Notes under the pieces: model-generated
Database searches by the model: none
Seen by the model: the letters and a program-made list of their open reading frames with translations, nothing else
What the model was told of the DNA's origin: nothing
Program-made: the position numbers and the translations under genes
Source of the DNA: a virus
Reading direction: 5' to 3' (one strand)
Virus record (IMG/VR): IMGVR_UViG_3300021406_000010
Span: 1 to 64,000 of that record
Length of the DNA: 64,000 nt
Shown here: piece after piece, positions 17,307-27,873 of the stretch
Layout: the number at the start of each line of letters is the position of its first letter
How positions within the stretch are numbered: position 1 is the stretch's first letter

Positions 17307-17533
17307 GGCTCGTCCCTCGCCAGCATCATGCCGGGCCACGCCTGCGCCATGGGCACCAGCCGGTAGCCGGGAGCGCACCAGTCGCCTTGCGGGCACGGCC
17401 TGCCGAAGCCGTCCTCGGCGGGCCCTTCCGGGCAGTGCGAGGCGACCAGCTCGCCCAGCAGGATGCCCGTCTCCCCTCTCGGCAGGTACACGAACACGTT
17501 GCCCGGCCCGCTGCTAGTGGTGATGACGTCCAC
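17303..17533 (-). CDS. Hypothetical protein
   Basis: GTG 17533 with SD-like GAGGGGAG; divergent from plus-strand block. Confidence 0.45.
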   Translation of the reverse strand: MDVITTSSGPGNVFVYLPRGETGILLGELVASHCPEGPAEDGFGRPCPQGDWCAPGYRLVPMAQAWPGMMLARDEP

Positions 17534-17552
17534 TCCGCTCCCCTCGCTCAAT

Positions 17553-17572
17553 GCAGCTTTCCTTGCTATCAT
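17553..17572 (+). promoter_or_regulatory. Operator-like site with -10 TATCAT
   Basis: gcagctttccttgc-tatcat at the divergent junction. Confidence 0.7.
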
Positions 17573-17597
17573 AGCGGACGAGGAAGGGAGCCATCCA

Positions 17598-17765
17598 GTG
17601 GCGACGATAGCGGAGCAGATCGCGGCCAAGCAGGCCGAGATCGCGGCGGTGGCCGAGCGGACGCGGGCCGCGTACCACGCCTGGCAGGACCTGGACCAGG
17701 CGCATAACGCGCTGTGCGAAGAGCTGCGGGAGCTGAAGAGGCGCCAGCGGGAAGGCGGGCAGTGA
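17598..17765 (+). CDS. Small coiled-coil hypothetical protein
   Basis: GTG with SD after promoter motif. Confidence 0.55.
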   Translation: MATIAEQIAAKQAEIAAVAERTRAAYHAWQDLDQAHNALCEELRELKRRQREGGQ

Positions 17766-18451
17766 TGGCCCGCGAGCAGATGATGCTCCCCGACGCGGTC
17801 GCCGCTTACCTGGACGACTGCGCGGTGGCGCACGCGGCCGGGTGGCGCGCCGAGCCGCACGCCACGGTGGAGGAGCTCTGCCAGGTCTTCAGCATGGTGC
17901 CATCGGCGATGATGGCGGACTGCCTCGCTGGCCTGGCGGCCAGCGGGGACGCGGAGGTCGGCCTGGTGGCCGGGGAGTGGAGGTCACGGTGAGCGAGGAG
18001 CGGCACCTGGCCGTGCGCGTGCGCGACCCGGGGAGCAGCCGGTGGGAGTGGGTGGGCCATCACGGCCAGGGGCTGACCCGGCGCGTGGACGAGACATTCA
18101 CCTACCCGGACGACTGCAGGCGGGTGGCCGATGAGGTCGCCAGTCTGGCCCGCGCGCATGGCCTGATCGCTGAGGTCGTAGACCTGGACCAGGCAACGGC
18201 GGCCGGACCCCGGGGCAAATGGCGAAACTGGAGGTCGCGGTGAGCGAGAGGCAGGCGCAGGTGCCCCCGGGGACGGACATCACGCAGCCGATGGCGCAGC
18301 ACGTCGCGCTGGTCATCACCGGGATCCTGGTCGGCATCAGCGAGGCCGACCCGGCGGGGGCGGGCCAGGAGCTGCTGGAGACGCTCGGCCTCAAGGCGGT
18401 CAGGCGCAGGATCCGCTCGCGCTACGCCCATGGCGGGGACAGGACGGGATC

Positions 18452-18781
18452 GTGATGGGCGGCCTGAAGGGCGTCCAGCCGGGCGACGAGCTCATCGTCA
18501 GCGACCCGCGCTCTCCCCGGCGCAGGCCGAACAGGGCCACGGTCGCCTCAGTCGGCCGGACCTGGGTGACCGCGAGGGGCGGCCTCCGCTACCGGATCGA
18601 CGACGGGCGCGACGAGTGCGGGGCCACCGTAGCAGAGGTCCCGGCGGACTACGAGGAGCGGATGGCCTGCCACGCGCTCCGCGAGGACCTCCGGGAGGCG
18701 GGAATCCTGACGGGCGGCGCCGAGCTGTCCCGCCCGCAGCTGGAGGCGATCCTCGCGATCGTCAAGGAAGGAGCGCGATGA
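18452..18781 (+). CDS. Hypothetical protein (SH3/KOW-like)
   Basis: VQPGDELIV...ATVASVGRTWVT. Confidence 0.55.
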   Translation: MMGGLKGVQPGDELIVSDPRSPRRRPNRATVASVGRTWVTARGGLRYRIDDGRDECGATVAEVPADYEERMACHALREDLREAGILTGGAELSRPQLEAILAIVKEGAR

Positions 18782-19038
18782 CCACCAGGCAGCACCAGAA
18801 GGACCTTGTCAGCCAGGCCAGCGCGGCGCTGGACATCGCGCTCTCGCGGAACATGGGGCTGGAGCGCGTCACGCCCGTCATGACGCTGGCCGAGGTCGCG
18901 GAGGCGGTGCGCCGTGCCCGGGGCCGCTACGCGTCGTTCCCGGACGTGCGGGCCGCCCTTGACGAGGCGGTCGCCGCCGGGCTGGCGACTAAGTGCGCTT
19001 ACGGCTGGATGGCCCGTTTCGAGAAGGGAGCGCGGTGA
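18778..19038 (+). CDS. Hypothetical protein
   Basis: ATGA coupling, SD GGAG. Confidence 0.5.
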   Translation: MTTRQHQKDLVSQASAALDIALSRNMGLERVTPVMTLAEVAEAVRRARGRYASFPDVRAALDEAVAAGLATKCAYGWMARFEKGAR

Positions 19039-19493
19039 CCGCGCGGCCGATCAACTACTCCACCGTCATCGACCCGATGAAGACGGTGACGGAGTGCACC
19101 GAGCTGCTGGCCCGGCACGGGGCGCGGAAGATCCTGACCGAGTACGGCCCGGACCGGCAGCCGACTGGCCTGTCATTCCAGGTGGACGCCCCGTGGGGGC
19201 CGCAGCAGTTCCGGATGGAGGTCAACCCCGAGGGGACCTACCGGGTGCTGGCCATGGCGAGGAAGCGGGGCGAGATCGCGCCGCGCTTCGCCACCAGGGA
19301 GCAGGCCGCCCGGGTCGCCTGGCGGGTGCTGAAGACGTGGGTGGAGGTGTGCCTGGCCCTGTCGGAGACGGGGATCGTCAACCTCACCCAGGCGATGCTC
19401 TCGTTCGCCATGACCGGGCCGGACACGACCCAGTGGGACGACTTCGCGACCGCGAGGGCGATCACGGCGGGAGGCGGCGATGACCAGGCCTGA
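19035..19493 (+). CDS. Phage hypothetical protein
   Basis: NYST...LARHGARKI..EY...QAARVAWRVLKTWVE. Confidence 0.7.
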   Translation: MTARPINYSTVIDPMKTVTECTELLARHGARKILTEYGPDRQPTGLSFQVDAPWGPQQFRMEVNPEGTYRVLAMARKRGEIAPRFATREQAARVAWRVLKTWVEVCLALSETGIVNLTQAMLSFAMTGPDTTQWDDFATARAITAGGGDDQA

Positions 19494-19719
19494 GTTCCTC
19501 GCCCCGCCCGGCGGGTCGCTCGTGGCGGATACGCGCATGGCACTTGCCCTTATCGGGGTGGAAATTCCCGAGGACGACGTCCGGGGGTGGACCAAGTACG
19601 AGCTGATGCTCGCCTACGACTGGGCGATGCGGGAGCACCTGAGCGCGTCCGACAACACGGTGCGCAGGCGGCCGAAGCCGTCGTTCGTGACGGCGGCAGA
19701 GCGGGAAGGGGAAGGGTAA
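19480..19719 (+). CDS. Hypothetical protein, paralog of 26049..26534 N-terminus
   Basis: DDVRGWTKYELMLAYDWA...RPKPSFVTAAER. Confidence 0.65.
   Translation: MTRPEFLAPPGGSLVADTRMALALIGVEIPEDDVRGWTKYELMLAYDWAMREHLSASDNTVRRRPKPSFVTAAEREGEG
19572..19626 (+). repeat. 55-bp exact repeat, copy 1
   Basis: Identical to 26135..26189. Confidence 0.85.
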
Positions 19720-20107
19720 TGGGCAGGACAGGGCAGGTGGCGGCCGGGGACCTGCGGCGGGAGATCGCCAGGGCAGTCAGCCTCGAAGGCCTGAGCGACG
19801 GGCTCACGCCCATCCTGCGGGCGCACGGCCGGGATTTCGGCGTGATCGGCATGGGCGTGATGATGCACGAGGGACTGTTCGTGCTCGTCATCCACGGCGA
19901 GCGCGGAGGCCGCAAGGACCCCTTCTGGACTATCGCCGACCTGCGGACGGCACTCGTGTCCATTATGGAGGAGGGCATCTTCCCGGGATCAATGACCCTG
20001 GGCGAGGGCAAAAAGGTGCTGCTGATGATCTACGGCCAGCTGTTGGGGGTCTCCTCGGCCGCGCCGGACAGGCGCCGGGAGCGCTTCGTCCTCCAGGGGG
20101 AAACGCT

Positions 20108-20494
20108 GTGAGCCCCGGGCCGGAGGGCATCCTGGACCGCCATCCCGAGCTGCTGCTGCTGCATGTCGCGGTGCCCGTCGCCATCCAGGACACCGTGCGG
20201 TACCTGGCAGAGGACAGGCGGCTGGCGCTGGCCGCCGAATGCGGGCAGTACATCGCGGAGCACGGCGACGACCTGATGTTCCGGGGCCGGAAGGGCGCGG
20301 CGGCCAAGGCGTTCACGATGCTGGCCCACGGGCTGGCGTGCGCGGCGTTCCAGCCGGGCGGCATCGACTTCGCCGGGATGCACTTCTGCGCTGACCACGG
20401 CGCGTGCACCGGCGCGGACGGCGGCCCCCCGCAGCCTGCGCCGGTGTGCAAGAGGCTAACGGACACGATCAGGGCACGGGAGGAGTTGCTGTGA
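20108..20494 (+). CDS. Hypothetical protein
   Basis: IAEHGDDLMF...LAHGLACAAFQPGGIDFAGMHF. Confidence 0.6.
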   Translation: MSPGPEGILDRHPELLLLHVAVPVAIQDTVRYLAEDRRLALAAECGQYIAEHGDDLMFRGRKGAAAKAFTMLAHGLACAAFQPGGIDFAGMHFCADHGACTGADGGPPQPAPVCKRLTDTIRAREELL

Positions 20495-21198
20495 ACGTTA
20501 AGGCACTGATGGAGACGGCCCGGGAGTGGAGGCGGCGCATGGCCGGGCACGTCTACCTTGACTGGAATGACCAGTGGGTGGGGCGCTACCGGAGCGACAC
20601 CCACAACTACGTCTGCCCGCTGCCCTGCCTGGTGATCAGGTGGCGGCGGTCATGACGGCCAAGGGACAGCCCGACGAGTACTTCGTGAGCATACCGATGG
20701 AGGACGCCCTCCAGCTGGCCAGGTGGATCGCCAGTGCGCAACCCGGTGACGTGACGCGAACGGGCGACCATGAGCGGATCTCCTTCGAGCGCATCGGGGA
20801 CAAGGGGTTCCTGGTCCGGGCCAGGCCGTGGAAGCCGGGGTCGCGGTGAGCCGCCCGGCCCTGCAGTGGGGGTGGGTGCTGTCATGGGCGGACGCCAATG
20901 AGGTGCCAGGAGAGGCCCGGCTGCTGTGCCTGGAGAGCGGCCGTGAGGTCGTCGCGGTCAGCCCCTACGGCGAGGACCTCATCCTGGAGACGGCCAGCAT
21001 GTCCGGCCATCGCCCGGGGCTCACCTGGGGCCAGGCACGGGAGATGGCGGGCGAGTGCGATGAGGGGCTGCGGGTCAGGTTCCAGGACGGGTCCCCCGCG
21101 CTCGACCTGTCCCAGTACGGGCAGTGCGAGTCCGGCGGCGAGTACGGGCAGGACGGCGAGCCGGCCGGGCCGGAGCTCTACGTCCAGCGGAGGTGGGG

Positions 21199-21525
21199 AT
21201 GACCGCGCGCAACGCGCCCCGGAGGTTCATCCGCCTCCGCAACGGGCGGGCCATGGGCTGGAACGGCGAGCCGCACTGGGCGCTTGCGATGGCCGAGCGG
21301 GCGGCCATCGCGCAGATGAGCCATCCCGTCGAGTGCTGCAAGTGCGGTGCCGTCTACGACCTGGGCAAGATCGAGGTGACCGGGCACTACCTGGACTGCA
21401 CCATGTGGCGCACCCCGTGCTGCCGGGCGACAGTCGACGACCGGGGCAACTTCGGCGGCTTCGGCCAGCCGGCCTACCAGGACATCCCGAGGCCGCCGCG
21501 CCGGGGAGATGGCCCGGGTGAGTAA
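21199..21525 (+). CDS. Zinc-binding hypothetical protein
   Basis: CCKCGAVYDLGKIEV...DCTMWRTPCC. Confidence 0.6.
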   Translation: MTARNAPRRFIRLRNGRAMGWNGEPHWALAMAERAAIAQMSHPVECCKCGAVYDLGKIEVTGHYLDCTMWRTPCCRATVDDRGNFGGFGQPAYQDIPRPPRRGDGPGE

Positions 21526-21775
21526 CGGCCACGGGGACGCGACCCTGGTGACCAGGACCGAGACGGTCATCGAGGGACTGCCCGCCATAGGCGGCTGGCT
21601 CGACCATGACTCTCCCGGTCCGGTCATACACTTCCACCGCATGTTCAGCGAGCTGCCGCGCGAGGGCCTGGCCGGGCGGCGGATGGAGCTGCGCGCCGGC
21701 GGCAGGACATGGGTGTACGTGATCACGGACTATGACCCGGCTACCGGGGAGTTCACGGCGCAATGGCCGGACTGA
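21509..21775 (+). CDS. 'WPD' paralog 1
   Basis: WVYVITDYDPATGEFTAQWPD*. Confidence 0.65.
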   Translation: MARVSNGHGDATLVTRTETVIEGLPAIGGWLDHDSPGPVIHFHRMFSELPREGLAGRRMELRAGGRTWVYVITDYDPATGEFTAQWPD

Positions 21776-22038
21776 TGCCCGAGCCGTGGGAGGTGAGGCT
21801 CCACGTCGGCGGAGGGCGCGGGTACACGATCATCGCGGACGAGCCATTCGACGGCAGGCTCCCCAACCCGTCGGCGACGATAGTGATCCGGCCCTCCCAG
21901 CTGCAGCCAGAGCACAGGGACATGACCGTGTTCGCCGGCCAGCCGCTGGAGGTCACGTACCAGGGGAAGCGCTGGGTGTACGTCGTGCACGCGGTTGACC
22001 CGGAGGCCGGGCTGGTGCACGCCCGGTGGCCAGACTAG
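21775..22038 (+). CDS. 'WPD' paralog 2
   Basis: WVYVVHAVDPEAGLVHARWPD*. Confidence 0.65.
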   Translation: MPEPWEVRLHVGGGRGYTIIADEPFDGRLPNPSATIVIRPSQLQPEHRDMTVFAGQPLEVTYQGKRWVYVVHAVDPEAGLVHARWPD

Positions 22039-22051
22039 CGAGGAGGACGGC

Positions 22052-22339
22052 ATGACGGAAGACGAGGAGGCGCGGTCGGTCGCCATCGGCGGCCGGGACG
22101 GCAACGGGCGGCTGTTCCTCGACATCGAGAACGGCTGGCCATTTGCGATGGAGCCGGAGATCCAGGTAGACGGCTTCATCGACGCGCTGATCGCCTACAG
22201 CCCGGAATGCTACGCGGGTGACCCGGCGGCGCTGGTCGGCGAGCCACTCGTCCTGACGGTGAACGGGCGCCGCAGCGTGTACGAGCTGACGGCCTGGGAC
22301 CCGGCCGGGAGGTCCTTCACGGCGCGGTGGCCAGACTAG
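22052..22339 (+). CDS. 'WPD' paralog 3
   Basis: SVYELTAWDPAGRSFTARWPD*. Confidence 0.65.
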   Translation: MTEDEEARSVAIGGRDGNGRLFLDIENGWPFAMEPEIQVDGFIDALIAYSPECYAGDPAALVGEPLVLTVNGRRSVYELTAWDPAGRSFTARWPD

Positions 22340-22347
22340 CCACAATT

Positions 22348-22367
22348 ACAGCTTTCCTTGCTATGCT
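22348..22367 (+). promoter_or_regulatory. Operator-like site with -10 TATGCT
   Basis: acagctttccttgc-tatgct. Confidence 0.7.
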
Positions 22368-22401
22368 GGGCACGTAGCAGCCCTCCTGAAAGGACTTGAG
22401 C

Positions 22402-22623
22402 ATGTTCGGCAAGAAGAGCAACGGCGTGGCCAACCACGGCGGGGAACTCCGCATCGAAGACGTCGTGATCGACGGGGAAGACCCGCAGTCGGGAGACGTT
22501 CCCGTCGAGGACCTCCCGGACGGCGGCACCATCCGGAACACCGGGATCGCCAGCTACGGGGGGAGGACCATCATCAGGGGCTCCGCGATCGGCAACGGCG
22601 CCCGGATAGACAACGACGAGTAA
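22402..22623 (+). CDS. Small acidic hypothetical protein
   Basis: Monocistronic, between promoter motif and hairpin; SD AAAGGA. Confidence 0.6.
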   Translation: MFGKKSNGVANHGGELRIEDVVIDGEDPQSGDVPVEDLPDGGTIRNTGIASYGGRTIIRGSAIGNGARIDNDE

Positions 22624-22629
22624 GGCGCG

Positions 22630-22665
22630 CGCAGGGGCAGGCGGGAGATGCCGCCTGCCCCTGCG
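22630..22665 (+). terminator. Intrinsic terminator-like hairpin
   Basis: gcaggggcaggcgg / ccgcctgcccctgc, 6-nt loop, right after stop. Confidence 0.65.
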
Positions 22666-22689
22666 GCTATCCGGATGTCCTCCACTATT

Positions 22690-22709
22690 ACAGCTTTCCT
22701 TGCTATAGT
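22690..22709 (+). promoter_or_regulatory. Operator-like site with -10 TATAGT; leaderless start
   Basis: acagctttccttgc-tatagt-gagggc-ATG. Confidence 0.75.
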
Positions 22710-22715
22710 GAGGGC

Positions 22716-22883
22716 ATGGGAAAGAACAGGCAGGTCACCGTCCTGATCGACATGCCGCCATGGGTCGGCTGGTCGTTCGTGGTGGACCCTAACGGCTTCA
22801 TCGAAATCCGCAACGCCGACGGCGAGCTCGTGCAGGGCATGTACCTCGGCAGCATCCTGCAGGGCAAGGTCGGGCTGCTATGA
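22716..22883 (+). CDS. Small hypothetical protein (not in ORF track)
   Basis: MGKNRQVTVLIDMPPW...; leaderless ATG. Confidence 0.55.
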   Translation: MGKNRQVTVLIDMPPWVGWSFVVDPNGFIEIRNADGELVQGMYLGSILQGKVGLL

Positions 22884-22944
22884 GGGCCGCGCCGCAGCAG
22901 GACGAGGACAGGCAGCGGGCGGCGGCGGCCCTGAAGGGCCTGCC

Positions 22945-23286
22945 GTGACCGGCGCGGTCACCCTCGCCGACAGGTGCCGCCTTGCCTGGTCCATTGAGGG
23001 CGAGGCCTGGTACGCGGGGTCCCTGGACCGGGAGCGCCGCCGGCAGGTCATCATCATGTCCGCCTGCGAGGACGGCGGCATTGACTGGGACGTCTTCGTC
23101 AGCCCGGCGGGGACAGGGCTGCGGCGAAGCCTTAGCATCGCCTACCGCCCGTCCAGGGACGCGATGAGGGACATTCCCGGCATCATCAAGGCCATCCAGT
23201 CGGGCGAGGTCAGGACCGTGCGCGGCCTCATCGCCATGCTGCGGGAGGCCGGCGCCCTCGACGAGACGGAAAGGGACAGGCCATGA
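22945..23286 (+). CDS. Hypothetical protein, paralog of next gene
   Basis: EAWYA...DW...LREAGALDETER. Confidence 0.6.
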   Translation: MTGAVTLADRCRLAWSIEGEAWYAGSLDRERRRQVIIMSACEDGGIDWDVFVSPAGTGLRRSLSIAYRPSRDAMRDIPGIIKAIQSGEVRTVRGLIAMLREAGALDETERDRP

Positions 23287-23603
23287 GGCTCGGGGGCGGA
23301 TTCCACCTCGCCTACAGCGCCTGCTGGGAGGCCTGGTACGCGAGGTCCATCGGCGAGGAATCGGCTTCGCTGATCGTCTGGTCCCAGTCTGATGATCATC
23401 ACGGCTGCGACTGGGAGCTGGTCGTCCTGGGCAGCAGCCGGGGCGAGTTGCAGCCGGGCGCGGGCGGGATCGACCCGCTCATCCGCCGCCAGGCATCAGA
23501 GGTGCTGGCGGCGATGCGGGAGGCGAGGACCCTCCCGGAGATGAGGCACGCGCTCGACAAGATGGGCGCGGCCGACGAGACGATGAGGGAGAGGCGCTGG
23601 TGA
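23283..23603 (+). CDS. Hypothetical protein, paralog of previous gene
   Basis: EAWYA...DW...LDKMGAADETMR. Confidence 0.6.
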   Translation: MRLGGGFHLAYSACWEAWYARSIGEESASLIVWSQSDDHHGCDWELVVLGSSRGELQPGAGGIDPLIRRQASEVLAAMREARTLPEMRHALDKMGAADETMRERRW

Positions 23604-25453
23604 ACGCCAGGACGGGAACGGGGACGCTGGGCGAGTACCTGCGGGAGGCGTTCCGCGACTACCTCGCCGCGCTGCCTGAGCCGGAGCCGGTCGACGGGCA
23701 CGCTGCCCTGGAGCTGCTGCGGCAGGCCGGGATGAGCAGGCGCGAGGCGCGGAACGCCGTGCGGGACCTGTACGGGACGGCCGGGTCGAGCATCGAGGGG
23801 CGCGGCTGGCGGATCGCCAGCGCCGGGGGATCGCTGTGGCTGCTGACGGCCACGAGCGAGGGGAAGGGACGATGACATTCTGGATCGAGCTGCCCGCCGG
23901 GCCAGGCGAGTGCCTGAGCCTGCCGCCGGCCGTGGCCGAGGGCGAGATGGTGCGGGGTGCCCCTGAGCATCACCCGTTCACCAACCCACGGCGGCAGGCC
24001 ATCATCTTCTCGGCTCCGCCCGAGATGGCCCGGCATGAAGGGCAGTACGCCGACGACTCCGGCGGCTGGGCGCAGGTGCCGGGCCCTGCCCGGATGCTCA
24101 CCCGCGAGGAGCACAGCGCGCTCGTCGTCTCGGTCCGTCCGGACCTGGCCGTTCCGGCTGCCGAGGGGCATGATGCGCATCGCTGACCTGAGGACCGGGG
24201 ACCTGGTCAAGCTGCCGGGCGCCGGCTCCGCGCTGTTCATCACCGACCTGGAGCACCCGCTGTACCCGATGCTGCGGCTGGTCATCTGGCGGACTCCGGA
24301 CGGCGTGACCTTCATGGACGCCCTGTCCGCGAGGCAGGACCTCGGGGAGGTGGCGCCGTCCACGCTCGCCGAGCGCCAGGCGCGGCTGCGGGCGGCCCTG
24401 AACGGGGCGCCATGAGGCTGTCGGCGGCAGACAGGGCCGCTGCCGCCTTCCTCGCCGAGCAGGTGGCGGTGTACGGGCCGCTGACGCGAGGGCAGGTGGC
24501 GGACTACGCGGCACGGCTGCGCGACGGCCGCATCCCCGTCGGCTTCCTGGACCCGCCCGCTCACGTGACCGCGTACGGGCTTGAGGTCATCGCGTCCCGG
24601 ATGGCGCCAGGTGACGTAGTGTCCGGCGCCATCCCGTGGCGGAGGCGGGCATGACGGGCGGATGGCAGCCCGGCAGGCCTCCCGTGCCCGGGTACTACCT
24701 CGGGGCGTGGAAGCGCGGCGGCAGGTGGGTCGTGAGCGAGCTGTGGTTCAACCAGGACAGCGCCGGGTCCGGCTGGTGGTCATCCCGGGGCTACCTGGAG
24801 GGCACCGGAAGGACGGCCGTCCAGGTCGAGGTGAAGGCCTGGATGCCGGTGCCGGAGTACGGCGGAGAGCCCGTTCCGGGCGAGGAGGCCTGATGCATGA
24901 AGGCAGGGACGTGCCCGCTGTGCCTGACCCCGCTGCAGCGCACCCAGGAGGGGACGCTGCAGGACGGGATGAACGAGCACCTGAAGGTGATCCACCCGGA
25001 GCACTGGAAGCGGGGGTGCCGGTTCGGGACGGACCTGGCACTCCGGGAGCTGAGGTGACCCCCGCCGTGGCGCAGCCGGCCCCGGGCGACGCCGCCAGGA
25101 TCCTGCGCGGCCTGGAGATGCTGCTGGACCTGCCCAGCGCGCCCGTGGTGTACGCCGTCGTGGTGGCCGGGGCGGGAGGCAGGCTGTCAGTGCGGTCGAA
25201 CGCCGCCCCGTGGGCATGGAAGCGGCTGGTCCTGGAGGCCGCCCGGGTGCTGGACGCGCCGTCGCACCTGAGCCCCGGCCGGGAGGCCGCGATGCTGTCG
25301 TCCTACCTCGACGCGCTGGCGATCGAGCGGGGGGCGGTGCCGCGCTGCTGGGAGCACTGCGGGGAGGACCCGGACGGGCTGCCGGGGCACTGCCCGTGCC
25401 GGCGCTGCCACGGGCGGCGGCTGTGAAGGCGCCTCATTAAGGGTGATTGGGGC

Positions 25454-25490
25454 TGAAGGGCCACGGGAGCGGGGTTTCCGTGGCCCTTCA
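25454..25490 (+). terminator. Intrinsic terminator-like hairpin
   Basis: tgaagggccacggga / ttccgtggcccttca. Confidence 0.65.
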
Positions 25491-25509
25491 CATGGCCTTT
25501 TGCATGATA

Positions 25510-25526
25510 GCAATAAAGGCTATAAT
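25510..25526 (+). promoter_or_regulatory. Inverted operator-like site overlapping -10 TATAAT
   Basis: gcaataaaggctataat. Confidence 0.6.
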
Positions 25527-26048
25527 CAGGTCGCAGGAGGGAACGCAAGCACAAGTGCAATTGCACCAGCACGTGCAACAGGGAGGGGCAAATGCAGAGA
25601 GGCGACAACCCCGGATGGGCTTCCGCGACCGGGCGGGCGAGGCCGGGGGGCATCGCCGGCGGGACGGTGGTCATCCGCCGGCCGCACGGCGACCGGGCGA
25701 TAGTCGAGTGCGTCCACGGCGACCGGGCGTACCTCAGGGCCACGTGGGGGAACCGGTACGACGCCCCGCTGGCCGAGCTGGACTGCGACCCCGACCAGGA
25801 CTGGTCCGGGGCGCCGCCCCACCCCTGCCTCGGCGGCGGATCGTGAGCCGCCCAGACGCCACCATGCCGCTCCGCCGGAAGCTGGGGAGGCTCTCCAAGG
25901 GCGAGCTGATCCGCCTGCACAGGCAGGGCGGCGGCCTGATGCGCATCGCCGACTACTGGGGATGGACGCATGAGGAGCTCATCGAGGCGTGCGTCGAGGA
26001 CCAGGAGGGATCCGTGGTGATCCACGAGGAGCCGACGGGAGGGCCCCT

Positions 26049-26534
26049 GTGAACCTCACCCTGTTCGAGGAGCCCGGCATGGGCGCGGGCACCGTCCTGG
26101 AGCAGCTCGCCGCCGCCGGGGTGACCCTCGGCCTGGACGACGTCCGGGGGTGGACCAAGTACGAGCTGATGCTCGCCTACGACTGGGCGCGCCGCTCGGC
26201 GATCCTGCGGGAGGACCCCGCCGCCGAGGTCACTGGCCGCCCCAAGCCGTCGTTCGTGACGGCAGCCGAGCGCGCCCGGGAGGAGGACGCCCCCGCAAAC
26301 GGGATGGCGCGCCGCGTCGAGCACGCCCTGGAGGTCATCGCGGCCTGCGACGAGGCAGACGGCGCGCACCACCTGCAGTGGGCGCTCGACCAGGCCGCCC
26401 GCCACCTGACCGGCTGCGTGTACGAGCCGGCCACCGGCACCACCGGGGAGCCCCTCGGCCACGACCGGCTCGGCACCAGCGGGGCCTACCTGGCCTGGCG
26501 GCCGGAAGGCTGGGACAGGGGGATCGCGCCATGA
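26049..26534 (+). CDS. Two-domain hypothetical protein
   Basis: N-terminus shared with 19480..19719; C-terminal DGAHHLQWALDQ...WDRGIAP. Confidence 0.65.
   Translation: MNLTLFEEPGMGAGTVLEQLAAAGVTLGLDDVRGWTKYELMLAYDWARRSAILREDPAAEVTGRPKPSFVTAAERAREEDAPANGMARRVEHALEVIAACDEADGAHHLQWALDQAARHLTGCVYEPATGTTGEPLGHDRLGTSGAYLAWRPEGWDRGIAP
26135..26189 (+). repeat. 55-bp exact repeat, copy 2
   Basis: Identical to 19572..19626. Confidence 0.85.
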
Positions 26535-27873
26535 GGCACACGACGGGCAGGCCCCTCCCGGCGGAGCTGGAGGCCCTCGACTTCGAGGCGCGGTACGTGC
26601 TGGCGTTCATGCCGCCGGCCCTGAACGGGCTACGGTGGCGCCGCGACCGGGACTGCGCGTCCTGGGAGCTGCTGACCGAGGCCGAGTACGATGCGGGCGA
26701 CAGCGCGATGGAGGGCTGGTACCTCGCCGAGGGCGAGCACTGCCCGGTAGGGGTCCTCGCGCGGTGGACGGCCACCAGGCTCGGCCTGCCGGCATCAGAG
26801 GTCCTCCTGGACCCGGACTGGCATGAGGTGAAGCCCCGGCGGCGGCGCGCGGTGACCGCGCCGCTGTTCCGGGTGAGGAGGGCGGCGCGATGATGGCCAG
26901 TCCCGCGATCCAGGGTGCCTGCGGGTGCGGGGACGACGACCCGGCCGGGTGCGTCTACGTCAACGCCGGGTACGCGTGGTGCGGGCCATGCGGCGAGCAC
27001 CACCGCCCTCCCGCGTGCCCCAGCACCCCGGGAGAGGTGATCGCGCCATGATGGGCGATGCGGGGATATCCCGGCAGGGCGCCCTGTTCACCTGCGTGAA
27101 CGGGTACCCGTCAGGGCCAGCTGAGCTGACCGTCCGGGTCACCCGCGAGGACATCGCCGGGTTCCGCTCCTACGGCACGCATCCGGTCACGGTTGCGGTA
27201 AAGCGCATCACCGGCGGGAAGGTCGCCACCGGCGGGGAGATGGTGGACATATGGCTCCCCGTCGGGGCCGGAAGCCGGGAACTGGCGCATGACGAGCTGA
27301 CGTACGAGATGACCCGTGACACCGCCGCGCTCATCGACGCGATCGACCGGGCCACCCCGTCGCAGCGGGCGAAGATGGCCCCGTTCAGCTTCACGATGAC
27401 ACTGGCCGACCGGTGACGCGGCGGCCATGGCGGGACGCCAGGGTCACGGAGGCGGCCCTCTCGGTCCTGAGCGCGGGCGGCGGCGTCGCGTGGGGACTCG
27501 ATCCGGGCCAGTGGCCGTGGTGGGCCAGCGGGATGATGGCTGTCCTGGCCGCCGTGTACCTCGTCAGCGCGACCGAGAGGATGATCAGGAAGGCTTCCTA
27601 TCGCCAGCTCCTCCCTGGCACGGAACCGAAGACCTTGCGGGAGGATGCCCGCAAGAAGCGCCACGCGCGTTAGACGGCAGCGGCTATCAGGAAAGGGGCG
27701 CCAGTGGACGACGTCGGGTGGTACATCGCCACCCTCCACGACCTCCTCGGCCACGATGGGGTGGCCGCCGTCATCGGCATGCCAGCGTGCGACCAGGCTG
27801 CCTGCGTGCTGTGCCGGCACGATCGCGGCGAGGCCACCAGGGAGGACGTCATCGCCATGATCGGAGGAGGACC

